Assembly: GCF_009914755.1 (NCBI RefSeq)
Contig: NC_060927.1
Direction: 5' to 3' (one strand)
Source: the human T2T-CHM13v2.0 reference genome, Homo sapiens
Length of the DNA stretch: 64,000 bases
Each line of letters begins with the position of its first letter. The first letter of the stretch is position 1. Both the position numbers and the translations under genes were made by a program. Shown one piece after another: positions 39,686-53,550 of the stretch. The notes beneath the pieces were generated by a model, which worked only from the letters and a program-made list of their open reading frames with translations, did no database searches and was not told where the DNA came from.

Positions 39686-40139
39686 ATTCTCCTGGACTGA
39701 TTTATCTTTTCCTGAAGTAATGCACAGATGTAACCAACAGTGTTGGAAGCAATAGTTTCTTGCCATCAAAACCAGTCAAAAGGGAAGGATAGGCTTCTCA
39801 GATAATGCAATGTTGATGACTTGTACTCACTCAGGCAGAAGAGAGTCACTGCCAAGATTTTTTCCCCTTTATGACTACAATAAACTTTTGAAGGCCAAGC
39901 ACAGTCCACATTCAGAGAGTGCACAGTTTTTAACCCAAGGTCGAAATTCAAACTCACATATTTAATTATCTCTCTCTTTTTGGATGCTGGTTTCTGTCTC
40001 TATACTTGCAAGGTTTCAGATCCCCTCGGTATTTCTTTATTTACATTAAATTGCATTTCACTTAAATTAAGTTGCATTTGACTCAAGTAACATCTTCCGA
40101 GCACCTATATGTTGAAAAACAAAAACAAAAAACACTCTG

Positions 40140-43100
40140 CAGAGTTGTTTGAGCTCTTTCTGGTTGTTAATTTTCTTCCATTCTGTGGGTTATCTCTTCA
40201 CTTTGTTGATTGTTTCCTTTGTTGTGCTGCAGTGTTTTAACTTGATGTGATATGTACGAAGTTCTGATGAATTCTTCATAGAATTCTTGGTGCTTCATTA
40301 AATAAAGATCTTGAAGCGACAGGCTTGCTTAACCCAATCACCTACCACAGGATATTTATCTACTGGTCTGTTCAGGTTTTGGATTTCTTCGTGATTTAAT
40401 TTTGTTATGTTGTATGTGTCTAGGAATTTATCCTTTTATTGTAGATTTTCCAATTTGTTGGTGTATAGTTGCTCATAGTTACCACTAATGATCCTTTGAA
40501 TTTCTGTAATGTCTCATTAACATTTCTGATTTTATTTATTTAGGTCTTCCTTCTCTTTTTCTTTATTTGATTGACTGAATGCTGGTCAATTTTGATTATC
40601 ATTTTAAGAGCCCAATTTTTTGATCATTGATGTTTTGTATCATTTTCTTCTTTTCAAATTCATTGATTTGCACTGATGTTTATTATTTTTTCCTACTAAA
40701 TTTGGGTTCAGTTTGCTTTTGCTTTTCTAGTCCTTGAAGATGCATCATTAACTTGTTTTTTGAAGTTTTTCTTCTGTTTTGGTGTAGGGATTTATAACTA
40801 TAAATTTCCCTCTTAGTACTGCTTTCACTGTATCCCACAGGTTTTGATATGTTGTATTTCCATTATCATTTGTTTCATGAAATTTTTCAGTTTTGTTCTC
40901 AATTTTTTAAATTTACCCAGTGGTTATTCAGGAGTATATTGTTTAATTTCCATGTGTTTGTATATTTTCCAAAGTTCCTTTTGTTATTGATTTCTAGTTT
41001 TATTCTGTTGTGGTCAGAGAAGATGCTTTATATTATTTCAATTATTGAATGTTTTAAGACTTGTTATTGTGCCTTAACATATGGTATAACCTTAAGAACA
41101 AGCCATGTGCTGAGGAGAAGAATGTGTATTCTGCAACCATTGGATAAAACATTCTGTCAATATCTGTTAGGCCCATTTGATCTACAGTGCAGACAAAATC
41201 TGATGTTTCTTTGTTTATTTTCTGTCTGGAAGAACAGAAAGTAGGGTACTTAAGTCTCTGGCTATTATTGTTTTGGGGTTATCTCTCTCTTTGGCGCTAA
41301 TAATATTTGCTTTATATATCTTATTGCTCCAGTGTTTTGTGCATGTATATTTACAATTGTTAAATCCTCTGGCTGAATTGACCCCTTTATCATTATATAG
41401 TGACCTTCTTTGTCTCTTTTTACAGTTTTTGTCTTGAAATCTATTTTGTCTGACACAAGTGTAACTAATTCTGTGTTTCTTTGGTTTCCATTTGCATGGA
41501 ATAACTTTTCCATCCATTTACTTTCAGTTTATATATGTCTTTGTAGGTGAAGTATGTTTCTTTTAAGCAGCAGATCATTTGATCTTGTTTTTTTAAAATC
41601 CACTTAGCTACTCCATGTCTTTTGATTGGAGAGTTTAGTCCACTTACATTCAATGTTATTATAGATAAGTAATGACATACTTGTGCCATTTTCTTATTTG
41701 TTTTCTGGTTGTTTTGTGGTCTTCTCTTTCTTCTTTCCTGTCTTCCTTCTAGTGATGGTGATTTTCTTTAATGGTATTATTTAATTTATTGCTTTTTAAT
41801 TTTTGTGTATCCATTGTATGCTTCTTGATATAAGGTTATCATGAGTCTTGCAAACACTATCTTATAACCCATTATTTTAAGCTTAAAGCAACACTATTTG
41901 AATAAACAAACAGAAAAGCAAAACTAAAACTAATAGCAACTGTACATGTCAGCTTTATCCTCCTACTTTTTAACTTTTGGTTTCTCTGTTTATATCTTAC
42001 TGTACTATGTCTTGAAAAGTTGCTGTAGTTATTACTTTTGATGGGTTAATCATTTATTCTTTCTGCTTAAGATTAGTTTACACACCACAATTACAGTGTT
42101 ATACTATTCTATGTTTTTCTGTGGGCTTAATATTATAGGGACTTTTGTACCTTCAGATGATTTCTTCTTGCTCATTAATATCCTTTTATTTCAGATTAAA
42201 GAGCTCCTTTAGCATTTCTTGTAGGACAAGTCTAGTGATGAAATCTCTCAGCTTTTGTTTGCCTGAGAAGTTCTTTATTTCTCCTTCATGATTAAAGGAT
42301 ATTTTCACCAGGTATACTGTTCTAGGATAAAAATGTTTTTTCTTTAGTATTTTAAATATGTCATGCCTCTCAATTTTGCCTATAAATTTTCCACTAAAAA
42401 GTCTACTGCCGAATAGAGCTCCATTGTATGATATTTGTTTGTTTTCCCTTGCCACTTTTAGGATCCTTTCTTTATACTTGACCTTTGGGAGTTTGATTCT
42501 TAAATGACTTCAGGTTTCCTTTGGGTTAAATCTGCATGTCTATTACCTTCTTGTAGTTGAACATTGATATCGTTCTCTAGGTTTGGGAAGTTCTTTGATA
42601 TTATCCCTTTGAATAAATTTTCTACCTGCATCTCTCTCTCTCTTTCTCCTCTTTAAAGCCAATAACTCTTACATTAACTGAGCCAGCATGTCTGAGTGCC
42701 CAAGGCCAATGGCATACTCCCTGGGTACTGCTGCTTTATATTCAGGGCCCAAAGCTCTTTAGTCAGCAGGTGATACATCCTAGCCCTTTTGAGATTGTTT
42801 TTTATTCTTTTTTTTTTTTGTATTCTCTGTGTATTTTCAAGTAGCCTGTCTTCAAGCTCACTAGTTTTTTCTTCTGCTTGATCAATCTGCTATTAAGATA
42901 CTCTGATGCATTCTTCAGGATGTCAATTGCATTTTTCAACTCTAGAGTTTTTGCTTGATTCTTTTAAATTATTTCAGTCTCTTTGTTAAATCTACCTAAT
43001 AGAAATCTGAATTCCTTCTCTGTGTTATCTTAAATTTCTTTGATTTCCCTGAAAACACCTATTTTGAATTATCTGTCTGAAAGGTCACATATCTCTGTTT

Positions 43101-45127
43101 CTCCAGGATTGGTCCTTGGTGCTTTATTTAGTTTATTTGGTGAGGTCATGTTTTTCTGGATTGTCTTGATGGTTGGTGCCTGGGCATTGAAGAGTTAGGT
43201 ATTTATTGTAGTCTTTGTAATCTGTTTTTTATTTTATTTTATTTTATTTATTTATTTATTTATTTTGTGCCCATCTTTCTTTGGAGGGCTTTCCACATAG
43301 TCAAAGGGACTTGGACCCCAAACCTAACAATACTGTAGTTTTTGCAGATTTGTAGAAGTACTGCTTTGGTGGTCTTGAATAAGTTCTGGAAGAATTCTCT
43401 GGATTACCAAGCAAAGACTCTTGTTCTTTTCCCTTACTTTCTCCCAAACAAACTGAGCCTGTCTCTCTGTGCTGAGTCACCTGGAACTGGATGGGGGGTG
43501 GTGATGAAAACACCCCTGTGGCCATCACCACTGGGACTGTGCTGGGTCAGACCTGAAGCCGGGACAGCACTGGGTCTTCCCCAAGGCCTTTCTCTTCAGG
43601 GTGGAAGGATTCCCTGGCCTTGGGCATGTCCAGAGATGCTGTTTGGGAGCCAGGGATTGATTAGAGTCAAAGACTTTAGCAATTTACCTGACATTTTATT
43701 CTGCTGAAGCTAAACTGGCACTCAAACCACAATACAGAGTTCTTCTTGCTTCCCCCCCAACTTTTTTCCCCTGCCCAATTTTTACAGGAGACTCTCCCTG
43801 TGGCCGCCACCACCACTGGCCCATGGGAGGTTCTGCCAGGCCACCACCAATGTTCACTTAAAGCCCAGGGCACTTCATTCAGCTTGTGGTGAATGCTGCC
43901 ATGTCTGAGATTCACCCTTTAGGACAGTGGGTTCCCTTTTTGCCCAGGGCAGGTCCAGAAATGTACAGTAGTCCATGCCTGGACTTGGGTACCCCAAGAG
44001 ACTGCTTGTTGTCCTACTCCACTGGCCAAGCTGTTACCTACATTGCAATTCAAAGTCCTCTTTACTTTTTCGTTGGCTTTTTTTTTTTTTCCAAATAGAA
44101 GCTGTCTTTCACCATAGTCACCACAGGTGGAAATGTGGTGGGTCATACCTGAAGTCATCATGTGTCAGTGCCCAAGGCTCATTGCATACTCCCTGGATAT
44201 TGCTGTTTTTTATTCAGGGCCTAAAGCTCTTTAGTCAGTAGGTGATGAATCCTGCCAGGACTGGGCTCTTCCCTTCAAGGCACTGAGTTCCTATTTTGCC
44301 CAGAATTTGTCTAGAATTGTCTTTTGGAAGCTCAGGCCTGGAATGAGGGCCTCATAATTCTGCCTGGTACTCTATCCTATTGTGGCTGAGCTGGTATCCA
44401 ACATTCAAGAAAAATTCCTCTTTACTTTTCATTCTACTCTCCTTAAGTAGGAAAAAGGAGTCACTTTTATTACTATGAGCTGCACTGCCTGGGGTTGGGG
44501 GAGAGATGGTGCAAGCACTCCCTTAGCTGTCCCAGCTGGTGTCTCCCTAGATTACATGCCACCCTAGTCCATGCGCTCTAAGCGCCGCTTAGGAGTTGCC
44601 TAGGAATTACAGTCTTTGTGTCCTAGACTGCCTTTCAAGCTTACCTAGGATTGCAGAGCTCTTCAGCCCCCAGTAATAAGGCTGCTGAGAAACTCAAGTT
44701 CTGACTGCTGGGATGGGGTGCTTTCCCTCTTGGTGTGGCTGGTACAAATCCTCTCTCCACATGCAGGTGCTGGCTGAACCCGGCATGAGTTTTTTCTCTG
44801 CTGTGACAGGGAAGCACTGGGTTTAATGTAAAATACCCCAGTTTCTGTGCTCTCCCTTCCCAAAGTACACAGATTCTATTTCTGTGTTGCATGGTGGATG
44901 CTGAGGGCTGTGGGAGGGATGGCATCAGTGATTCAAGACTGTCTCTACTGTCCTCCCCAGTGTCTCTTTCAGGGATATGAATTTAAAACCAGGGAGTAGG
45001 ATTGTTCACCTGATTTTTGGTTCTTGTGATAGTGCTTTTCTGTGTTCAGATAGTTGTTAAAAATTTGGTGTTCTAGCAGCAGGAACAAAAGGTGTAGGCT
45101 TGTACCCAACCACCTTGCTCCACCCTC
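40140..45127 (-). mobile_element. L1MA/L1M1-like element: long monomer-containing 5'UTR, ORF1, partial ORF2, no 3'UTR
   Basis: EN remnants 41265-41689 (IITLNVSGLNSPIKRH; DKEGHYIMIKGSIQ), ORF1 remnant 42186-42455, GC-richer 5'UTR at 43.3-45.1 kb. Confidence 0.85.
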
Positions 45128-45819
45128 ATGAGCTTTTTAGAAAAATGCCATCTTAGCTGCCAATCCTGATCCTGGACTCTTCAGGATAATCTTGACCTGC
45201 TACAGTTCACATTTCCATGTAACTGTGTCAGTGATGTTACACTTGAAGAGACTTGCTGCAGGTTTGGTACTGATAGCTGCCATCAAAGTGAATCTTTTCA
45301 TATGATTTAGGGGTCATGTGTGTGAAAGAGTCTTATTAAAAATTACCTTAAAGGTCTAAGGGGCATTCTTTGGCTTTGGGAAAGAAGGATAAGGCTCTGG
45401 AAAGGATAAAAATGAAAATGGTCTGTCTCATATGTTCCTCTTTCATCTTTCAATCCTGACTTTCTAGTTCAGAGGTTTCCAAATACCTGTTTATAAACCA
45501 AAGTTGATTTGTAACCATATTATTCACATTTTGGTGAGATAAGAAAACTGTGTTTATAAATTTCTTTTAGGAAACTATGGTGATGATTAATAATAATACG
45601 GAAAGAAAATAATTGCTTGTCAAAATAAAGTTTTACAATCTTGTGTATAGTCATTAAAACTTTTGTGGGACTTTTCCTGGTTCATCATATACAACTATTT
45701 GGGCACTGCTGCCGTAGTTCACCAGAATTTAGACTCACCGAATTGGACAATTATCTCTGCCCTGTAGTCCAGGGTCTAGACAGATGCTAATAGCAATTTT
45801 CCAGCCTAGTGGATTTCAT

Positions 45820-46190
45820 TTTTTTCATTTTTTTGTGTGTAAATTTCAACTTATATATTTTAGATTCAGTGGGTATATGTGCAGGTTTGTTACATGGGTA
45901 AAAAATGTTACCCATGATGCTGAGGTTTGGGGTACAGATGATTGTGTCACTCAAGTAGTAAGCATAGTTTCCAATAGGTAGTTTTTCAGCCCTCCTCCCA
46001 CTCCTTTTCTCTCTCCTCTAGTATTCTGTAATGTCTATTGCTCCCACCTTCATGTTTGTGTGTACCCAAGGTTTAGCTCCCACTTATAAGTGAGAACATG
46101 CAGTATTTGGTTTTCTGTTTCTGCATTAATTCACTTAGAATAATGGCCTCCAGCTGCTTCCACGTTGCTGCAAAAGACATAATTACATCA
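45820..46190 (-). mobile_element. L1PA15/16-like 3' end (element C, left part; continues at 56375)
   Basis: gatgctgaggtttggggtacagatg...ccaataggtagtttttcagccc; breaks at gacataattacat. Confidence 0.88.
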
Positions 46191-46195
46191 TTATT

Positions 46196-46695
46196 ATTTT
46201 TACAAATTTTATAAACATGTTTTATTTGTTTTTCTTATACCATCAGAACTGAAACTACTGTCATTTCCCTCTATCAGAAAAATCAATATAAAACACATAC
46301 TGATGCTTCTTTTAAAAAATAGCAATTTAAAAGGTAGTAGCAAGAGGCATTTGATATCTTTTCCTTCTAAAAAAAATTCAAGCTTAGGACAACATGGCAC
46401 CAAGAGTGTTATGATTATTCATTAGAGATTTTCATCAGTCCCTGTACCAGTTTACATGACAATACGGCAAGATTCAAGGATTAATGACAGACAACGTATT
46501 TGTCATAAGGAATAATACATAGTACTAATCCTTAAAAAAGTCATTGTCTCAGTGTAACTGTTAAGTGTTCAAAAAGACATCTAAGCACAGCAGCAGCCAT
46601 CCAGATTAGATCCCATATTTGTTGCATATCTTTCAGAAACTGCCAATCAAAGCCGAGTTTTGCATTTTGGCTTTGTGCTACATAGAATCAGTTAC
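46196..46695 (-). other. Non-L1, 3'UTR-like segment with AATAAA and short A-tail; 3' part of the retro-chimera
   Basis: Not recognisable as a repeat; tttatt at 46221-46226 (AATAAA on minus) lies ~20 nt from the A-rich tail and TSD. Confidence 0.6.
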
Positions 46696-46871
46696 TACTC
46701 AATGTTTAGCTCCCACTTATAAGTGATAATATGTAGTACTTGAATTTCTTTTCCTGTATGAATTCTCTTAGGGTAATGGCCTCTAGCTCTATCCATGTTG
46801 CTGCAAAGGACATGATTTCATTCTTTTTAATGACTGCATAGTATTCCATGGTGTATATTTACCACATTTTT
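46696..46871 (-). mobile_element. L1 element A, ORF2-end portion (left of the nested L1PB1)
   Basis: tttagctcccacttataagtg...gtattccatggtgtatatttaccacattttt; continues at ~53551. Confidence 0.8.
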
Positions 46872-49800
46872 CTTTTTTTTCTTATTTTTATTTCAATAGT
46901 TTTTTTGGAACAGGTGGTTTTTGGTTACATAAATAAGTTCTTTAGTGGTAATTTCTGAGATTTTGGTGCACTTGTCACCTGAACAGTGTACACTGTACCC
47001 AATGTGTAGTCTTTTGTCCCTCACCCCTCTCTCAAACTTCCCCCAAAGTCCCCAGACTCAATTATATCATTCTTATGCCTTTGCATCCTCATAGCTTAGC
47101 TCTCTCTTATACTTGAGAACATACAATATTTGGTTTTCCAATCCTGAGAGTTGCTTCACTTAGAATAATGGTCTCCAACTCCATCCAGGTTGCTGTAAAA
47201 TGCCATTATTTTATTCCTTTTATGGCTGAGTAGTATTCCATTCTGTATCTTCACCACATCTTTATATGCTTGTTGGTTGATGGGCATTTAGGCTGGCTCC
47301 ATATTTTTGCAGTTGTGAATTGTGCTGCCATAAACATGTGTGCAAGTGTCTTTTTCATGTAATTACTTCTTTTCTTCTGGGTAGATACCCAGTAGTGGGA
47401 GTGCTGGATCAAATGATAGTTCTACTTTTAGTTCTTAAAAGAATCTCCACACTGTTTTCCATAGTGGTTGTACAAATTTATATACCCAGCAGCAGTGTAA
47501 AAGTGTTTTCTTTTCACCACATCCATGCCAACACCTATTTTTTTTTAATTTTTAAATTATGGCTATTCTTGGAGGAGTAAGGTGGTGGTATCTCATTGTG
47601 ACTTTAATTTGATTTCCCTGGTCATTAGTGATGAACATTTTTTCATGTTTTTTGGCCATTTGTATATTTTCCTTTGAGAATTTTCTATTCATGTTCTTTG
47701 CCCACTGTTTGATGGGATTATTTGTTTTTTCTTGCTGATTTGTTTGAATTCCTTATAGATTCTGCATATTAGTCTTTTGTTGGATGCATAGTTTGCGAAG
47801 GTTTTCTCTCACTCTCTGGGGTGTCTGTTTAATTTGCTGATTTATTTCTTTCGCTGTGCAGAAGCTTTTTAGTTTAATTACATCCCATCTGTTTATCTTT
47901 GTTTTTGTTGTATTTGCTTTTGGGTTCTTGGTCATAAACTCTTTGCCTAAGCCACTGTCAAGAAGGGCTTTTATGATGTTATCTTGTAGAATTATTATGG
48001 TTTCAGGTCTTAGATTTAAGTCTTTGATTCATCTTGAGTTGATTTTTGTATAAAAATCTGCATGTGGCTTGCCAATTATCCCAGCACCATTTGTTGAAAA
48101 GTGTGTTCTATCCCCACTTTATGTTTCTGTTTGCTTTGTTAAATGTCAGTTGGCTGTAAGTATTTGACCTTATTTCTGGGTTCTCTATTCTATTCCATTG
48201 GTCTACATGCCTATTTTTATACCAGTACCATGTTGTTTTGGTAATGACAGCCTTGTAGTATAGTTTGAAGCCAGGTAACGAGATGTCTCCATTTATTTTC
48301 TTTTTGCTTAGTCTTGCTTTGGTGATGTGGGCACCTTTTTGGTTCCATATGAATTTTAGGATTGTTTTTTCTAGTTCTGTGAAGAGTTATGGTAATTTTA
48401 TGGGAATTGTATTGAATCTGTAGATTGCTTTTGGCAATATGATTATTTTCACAATATTGATTCTACCCATCCATGAGCATGAGATGTATTTCCATTTGTT
48501 TGTGTCATTGGTGCTTTCTTTCAGCAATGGTTTGTAGTTTTCCTTGTAGAGATTTTTCACCTCATTGGCTAGGTATATGCCTAAGTATTTTATGTTTTTT
48601 GCAGCTGTTGTAAAAGGGATTGAATTCTTGATTTGCTTCTCAGCTTGGTTGTTGGTGATGTATGGCAGTGCTACTGATTTGTATACATTGATTTTGTATC
48701 TTGAAACTTTACTGAATTCATTTATCAGATCTAGGAGGTTTTTGGATGAGTCTTTAGGGTTTTTTAGGTATACTATCATATCATCTGGGAACAGTGTCAG
48801 TTTGACTTCCTTTTTAGTGATTTGGATGCCCTTTATTTCTTTCTCTCGTCTGATTGCCCTGGCTAGGAATTCCAGTCCTATGTTGAATAGAAGTTGTAAA
48901 ACTGGGGATCCTTGTCTTATTCCTGTTCTCAGGGAGAATACTTTCAACTTTTCCCCATTCGATGTTATGCTGGCTGTGGGTTTGTCATAGATGGCTTCTA
49001 TTACCTTGAGGTATGTCCCTTCTATGCCAGTTTTGCTGAGGGTTTTAATCATAAAGGGATGCTGGATATTGTCCAATGCTTTTTCGGCATCTATTTAGAT
49101 AGTCATACGATTTTTGTTTTTAATTCTGTTTATATGATGTATCACATTTATTGACTTGTGTGTGGTAAACCATCCCTGCAACCCTGGTTAAAAAAAAAAA
49201 AAAACTCACTTGATTGTGGTGGATTATCTTTTTGATATACTGTTGGATTTGGTTAGCCAGTATTTTGTTAAAGATTTTTGCATATATGTTCATCAGGAAT
49301 ATTGGTCTGTAGTTTTCTGTTTGTTATGTCCTTTCCTGGTTTTGGTATTAGGGTAATACTGGCTTCATTTCAGCCATTTTAAATTTAGGGAGAATTCCCT
49401 CTTTCTCTATCTTTTGGAATTCTTTCAGTAAGATTGGTACCAATTCTGTGAATGTCTGATAGAATTCAGCTATGAATCTGCCTGGTCCTGGACTTTTTTT
49501 TTTGTTGTTGGCAGTTTTAAAATTACCATTTCAATCTTGCTACTTGTTGGTCTCTTCAGAGTTTCTATTTCTTCCTGATTTAATCTAGGAGGGTTGTATA
49601 TTTCCAGTAATTTGTCCATCACCTCTAGATTTTCTAGTTTGTACATGTAAAGGTGTTCATGGTAACCTTGAATGATCGTTTGTATTTTTGTGTTATCTGT
49701 TGTAGTATCTTCTGTTTCATTTCTAATTGAGCTTATTTGGATCTTCTCTCTTCTTGGTTAATCTCACTAATAGTCTATCAATTTTGTTTATCTTTTCAAA

Positions 49801-52800
49801 GAACAAGCTTTTTGTTTTACTTACCTTTTTTTGTTTCAATTTCATTGATCTCTGCTCTGATCTTTGTTATTTCTTTACTTCTGCTGGGTTTGAGTTTGGT
49901 TTGTTCTTGTTTCTCTAATTCCTTGAGGTGTGTGTGACCTTAGATTGTCTATTTGTGTTCTTTCAGACTTTTGAATGTAGAAATTTAATGCTATGAACTT
50001 TCCTCTTAGCAGTGCTTTTGCTGTATTCCAGAGGTTTTCATAAGTTGGGTAACTATTATCATTCAGCTCAAATAAATTTTTAACCTTTGTATTCATTCGA
50101 TTGCTGACCCAAAGATCATTCCAGGGCAGATTATTTAATTTCCATGTATTTATATAGTTTTCAGGGTTCCTTTTGGGGTTAAGAGGATACTTGATATAAT
50201 TTTGATTTTCTAAAATGCATTGAGACTCATTTTATGGTCTATCATATCGTCTATCTTGGAGAATGTTCCATGTGCTGATGAAAAGAATGTATATTCTGCA
50301 GTTGTTGGGTAGAATGTTCTGTAAAGTATCTGTTAAGTCCACTTGTTCTAGGGTATAGTTTTAAGTCCTTTATTTCTTTGTTGGCTTTCTGTCTTTATGA
50401 CCTGTCTATGGCTGTCAGTGGAGTATTGAAGTCCCCCACTATTATTGTGTTGCCATCTATATCATTTCTTAGGTCTAGTAGTAATTGTTTTATAAATTTG
50501 TGAGCTCCAGTATTCAGTGCATATATATATATTTAGTATTGTGATATTTTCCCATTGGACTAACCCTTTTATTATTGTATAATGTTCCTCTTTGTCTTTT
50601 TAAGATGTTGTTGCTTTAAAGTCTGTTTTGTCTGTTATAATAATAACTACTCCTGGTCACTTTTGGTTTCCATTTGTCTGGAATATCTTTTTGCATTCCT
50701 TTACCTTAAGTTTATTTGAGTCCTTATGGGTTAGGTGAGTCACTTGGAGACAGCAGATAGTTGGTTGGTGAATTTTTATCTATTCTGACATTCTGTATCT
50801 TTCAAGTGGAGCATTTAGGGCATTTACATTCAATATTATTTTGAGATGTGAGGTACTGTTGTATTCATCATGCTAGTTGTTGCCTTAATGCCTTGTTTTT
50901 TTTTATTGTGTTAGTGTTGTATAAGCTCTGTAACATTTATGCTTTAAAAATATTCTATTTGTTTTTTGACATTTTGTTTCAAGATTTAGAACTCCTTTTA
51001 ACATTTTTTGTAGTGCTGGGTTAGTAGTGGCAAATTCTCTCAGTATTTGTTTGTCTGTAAAAGACTTTGTCCTTTATTTATGAAGCTTTGTTTTGCTGAA
51101 TACAAAATTATTGGCTGACAATTATCTTGTTTCATTAGGCTAAAGATGGAACACCCATCTCTTCTGGCTTGCAAGGTTTCTTGTGAGAAATCTGATGTTA
51201 ATCTGATTGGGTTTCCTTTACAGGTTATCTAATGCCTTTGTCTCACAGCTCTTGAGATTCTTTCTTTCGTCTTGACTATAAATAACCTGATGACTACGTA
51301 CTTAGGTGATGATCTTTTTGCGATGAATTTCTCAGGTGTTCTTTGAGCTTCTTGTATTTGGATATCTAGATTTCTAGCAAGGCCATGGAATTTTTCCTCA
51401 ATTATTCCCTGAAATAAGTTTTCCAAACTTTTTGATTTCCTCTTCCTCAGGAACACCATTATTCTAAAGTTTGGCCATTTAACATAATCACAAATTCTTG
51501 GGGACTTTGTTCATTTTTTAAAATTCTTTTTTCTTTGTCTTTGGGTTAATTTGAATGCCTTATCTTCAAGCTTTGAAGTTTTTTCTTCTACTTGTTTTAG
51601 TCTATTGGTGTAACTTTCCACTACATTTTGTATTTCTCTAAGTTTGTCCTTCATTTCTAGAAGTTGTGATTATTTTTTCTTTATGATATATATTTCTCTG
51701 GAGAATTTTTTATCCATATCCTGTATTTTTTTTTCAAAATTTAAGTTGTTTTTCACCTTTCTCTGGTATCTTTTTGAGTAGCTTAATAATCAGCATCTTA
51801 AATTCTTCATCTTGCAATTCAGAGATTTCTTCTTGGTTTGGATCCATTGCTGGAGAGCTGGTGTGATCTTTTTGAGGAGTGTTTTAGAATGCTGTTTGGT
51901 CATATTATCAGAATTACTTTTCTGGTTTCTTCTCAGTAGGGTAGCGTATTTCAGTGGAAAGGTCTGAAATACAAGGCCTACTGTTCAGATTCTCCGGTCT
52001 CTTGGAGTGATCCCTTCATGTGGTGCTCTTTCCCTTCCCCTAGGAATGAGGCTTCCTTAGAGCTGGACTGCAGTGATTGTTATTGCTCTTCTGGATCTAG
52101 CCACCCAGTGGGGCTAACAGTCTCCAGGCTGGTGCTGGGGAATGTCTGCAAAGTCCTGTGATGTGGTCCAACTTCAGGTGCCCCAGCCATAGATACCAGC
52201 ACCTGCTCTGGTGGAGGTTGCAGGGGAGTGAAATAGATTCTCTTAGAGTGCTTGGTTGTAGATATTTTTAGTGTGCTGGCTTTCTCAAGTGCTGGTTATG
52301 CTAGCAGTGAAGCTGTCCTGCAGACACACTCAGGACCCCTGTTAGCCAGGATGTTGCAGGCATTGGAATTAGGTATTGTTTTCTTCCTGGTATCAGGGTT
52401 ATTCTGTCATGAGTTGCTGTAATGAGCTGAGTTGGTTGGCCTTCAGCCAGGAGGTGGCACTTTCAAGAGAGCACCAGCTGTGTGGTAGTAGTAGGGGGAC
52501 CAAAGCTTGCCCTAAATTAGTCAGTGTAAGTATTTTGGTTTCTAAGGCAGTGGGCGGGGTCATAGAGCTCCCAAGAGTTTTTATCTTTTGAGTTTGACTA
52601 TGAGAGCCTATAGAGAAGTACCATCAGGTGGGGGCAAGGTTAGGTGGGTCTGGGCTCAGGCTCTTTAGGTGGGGCTTGCCATGGCTACTGTGGGGGCCAG
52701 AGGGTGGTTTTTGGGCCGATGGGGTTATGGTCCAGAGGGAATCTTGGCTGCCTCTGCTTTGTCAATATAGTTCACCAGGGAAATAGAGGATAGCCAATAG

Positions 52801-53546
52801 CGAGAGGCCTCACCCAGCTCCCAAGTGGTTGATGAGTCCAGTCTTGCTCCTGCAGTGCCCTGCTCAGACCTTGCCCCAGGCTGTGAGCTTTCCCACTGAG
52901 AAAGCAAGCCTGGCTTTTGGTCCTCACCCCTCCCTGCCTGCCCACTTCATTGGCAGCAGCTGCTGGACTTGTATTTGCGGTAGCTCCTGCTCATCTCCTA
53001 GACTCTACTCAGGAAAATCATGCCCAGTCAAAACCACTACGAATTTCAGCTGGAAGCTTCCTTCACCCTGAGACCTCTCCCCTATTCCTCTGGCTATTTT
53101 CTCCTAGGGACCCTGTGAGATGTAGTCAAGGATGGCTTCCCTGGACTTGAGCTGGAGACTGGGAGTGCCTGCAAGGAACTTCCCACTGCTGCTTCTACTT
53201 TTATATTTTGTATTTTGCATAACTCTTTACATCTATTTCAGCTCTAAGTCAGGCTAAATCCTTCCCCATGATCTGTGTTTTCAGATTCTCCAGTGGGTAT
53301 GTGTGTTTGGAAGCAGGTTTTTCCTCTCTCACACTTTGGGAACTCACAGATTTTTGCTTGTCTTGTGGCATTTGCAGTGGCATGCTGCTTCTTTCAAAGG
53401 ATCTGTGAATTCTTTTAGTTTGTTTGGTACCTTCCTGCAGTGGTTCTTGGAGCAAAAGATCACAGTGTGAGTTTCCACACACTATTCTGTCTATCCAAGT
53501 GGGAGCTGCACATTAGCTCTACCTCCTATCCACCATCTTGTCCCCT
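46872..53546 (-). mobile_element. Full-length L1PB1-like element (element B), inactive
   Basis: L1PB1-type 3'UTR (ggttacataaataagttctttagtggtaatttctgagattttggtgcac); RT remnant ORF 48387-49076 ([26 protein letters not shown]); ORF1 remnant 51229-51459; 5' end ccaagtgggagctgc...ccaccatcttg. Confidence 0.92.
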
Positions 53547-53550
53547 TAAT

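Noticed and set aside
48387-49076. 229-aa ORF, the longest in the track
   Set aside because: A reverse-transcriptase fragment of L1PB1 ORF2 (FADD degraded to FPDD) flanked by stops and frameshifts; not a host gene.
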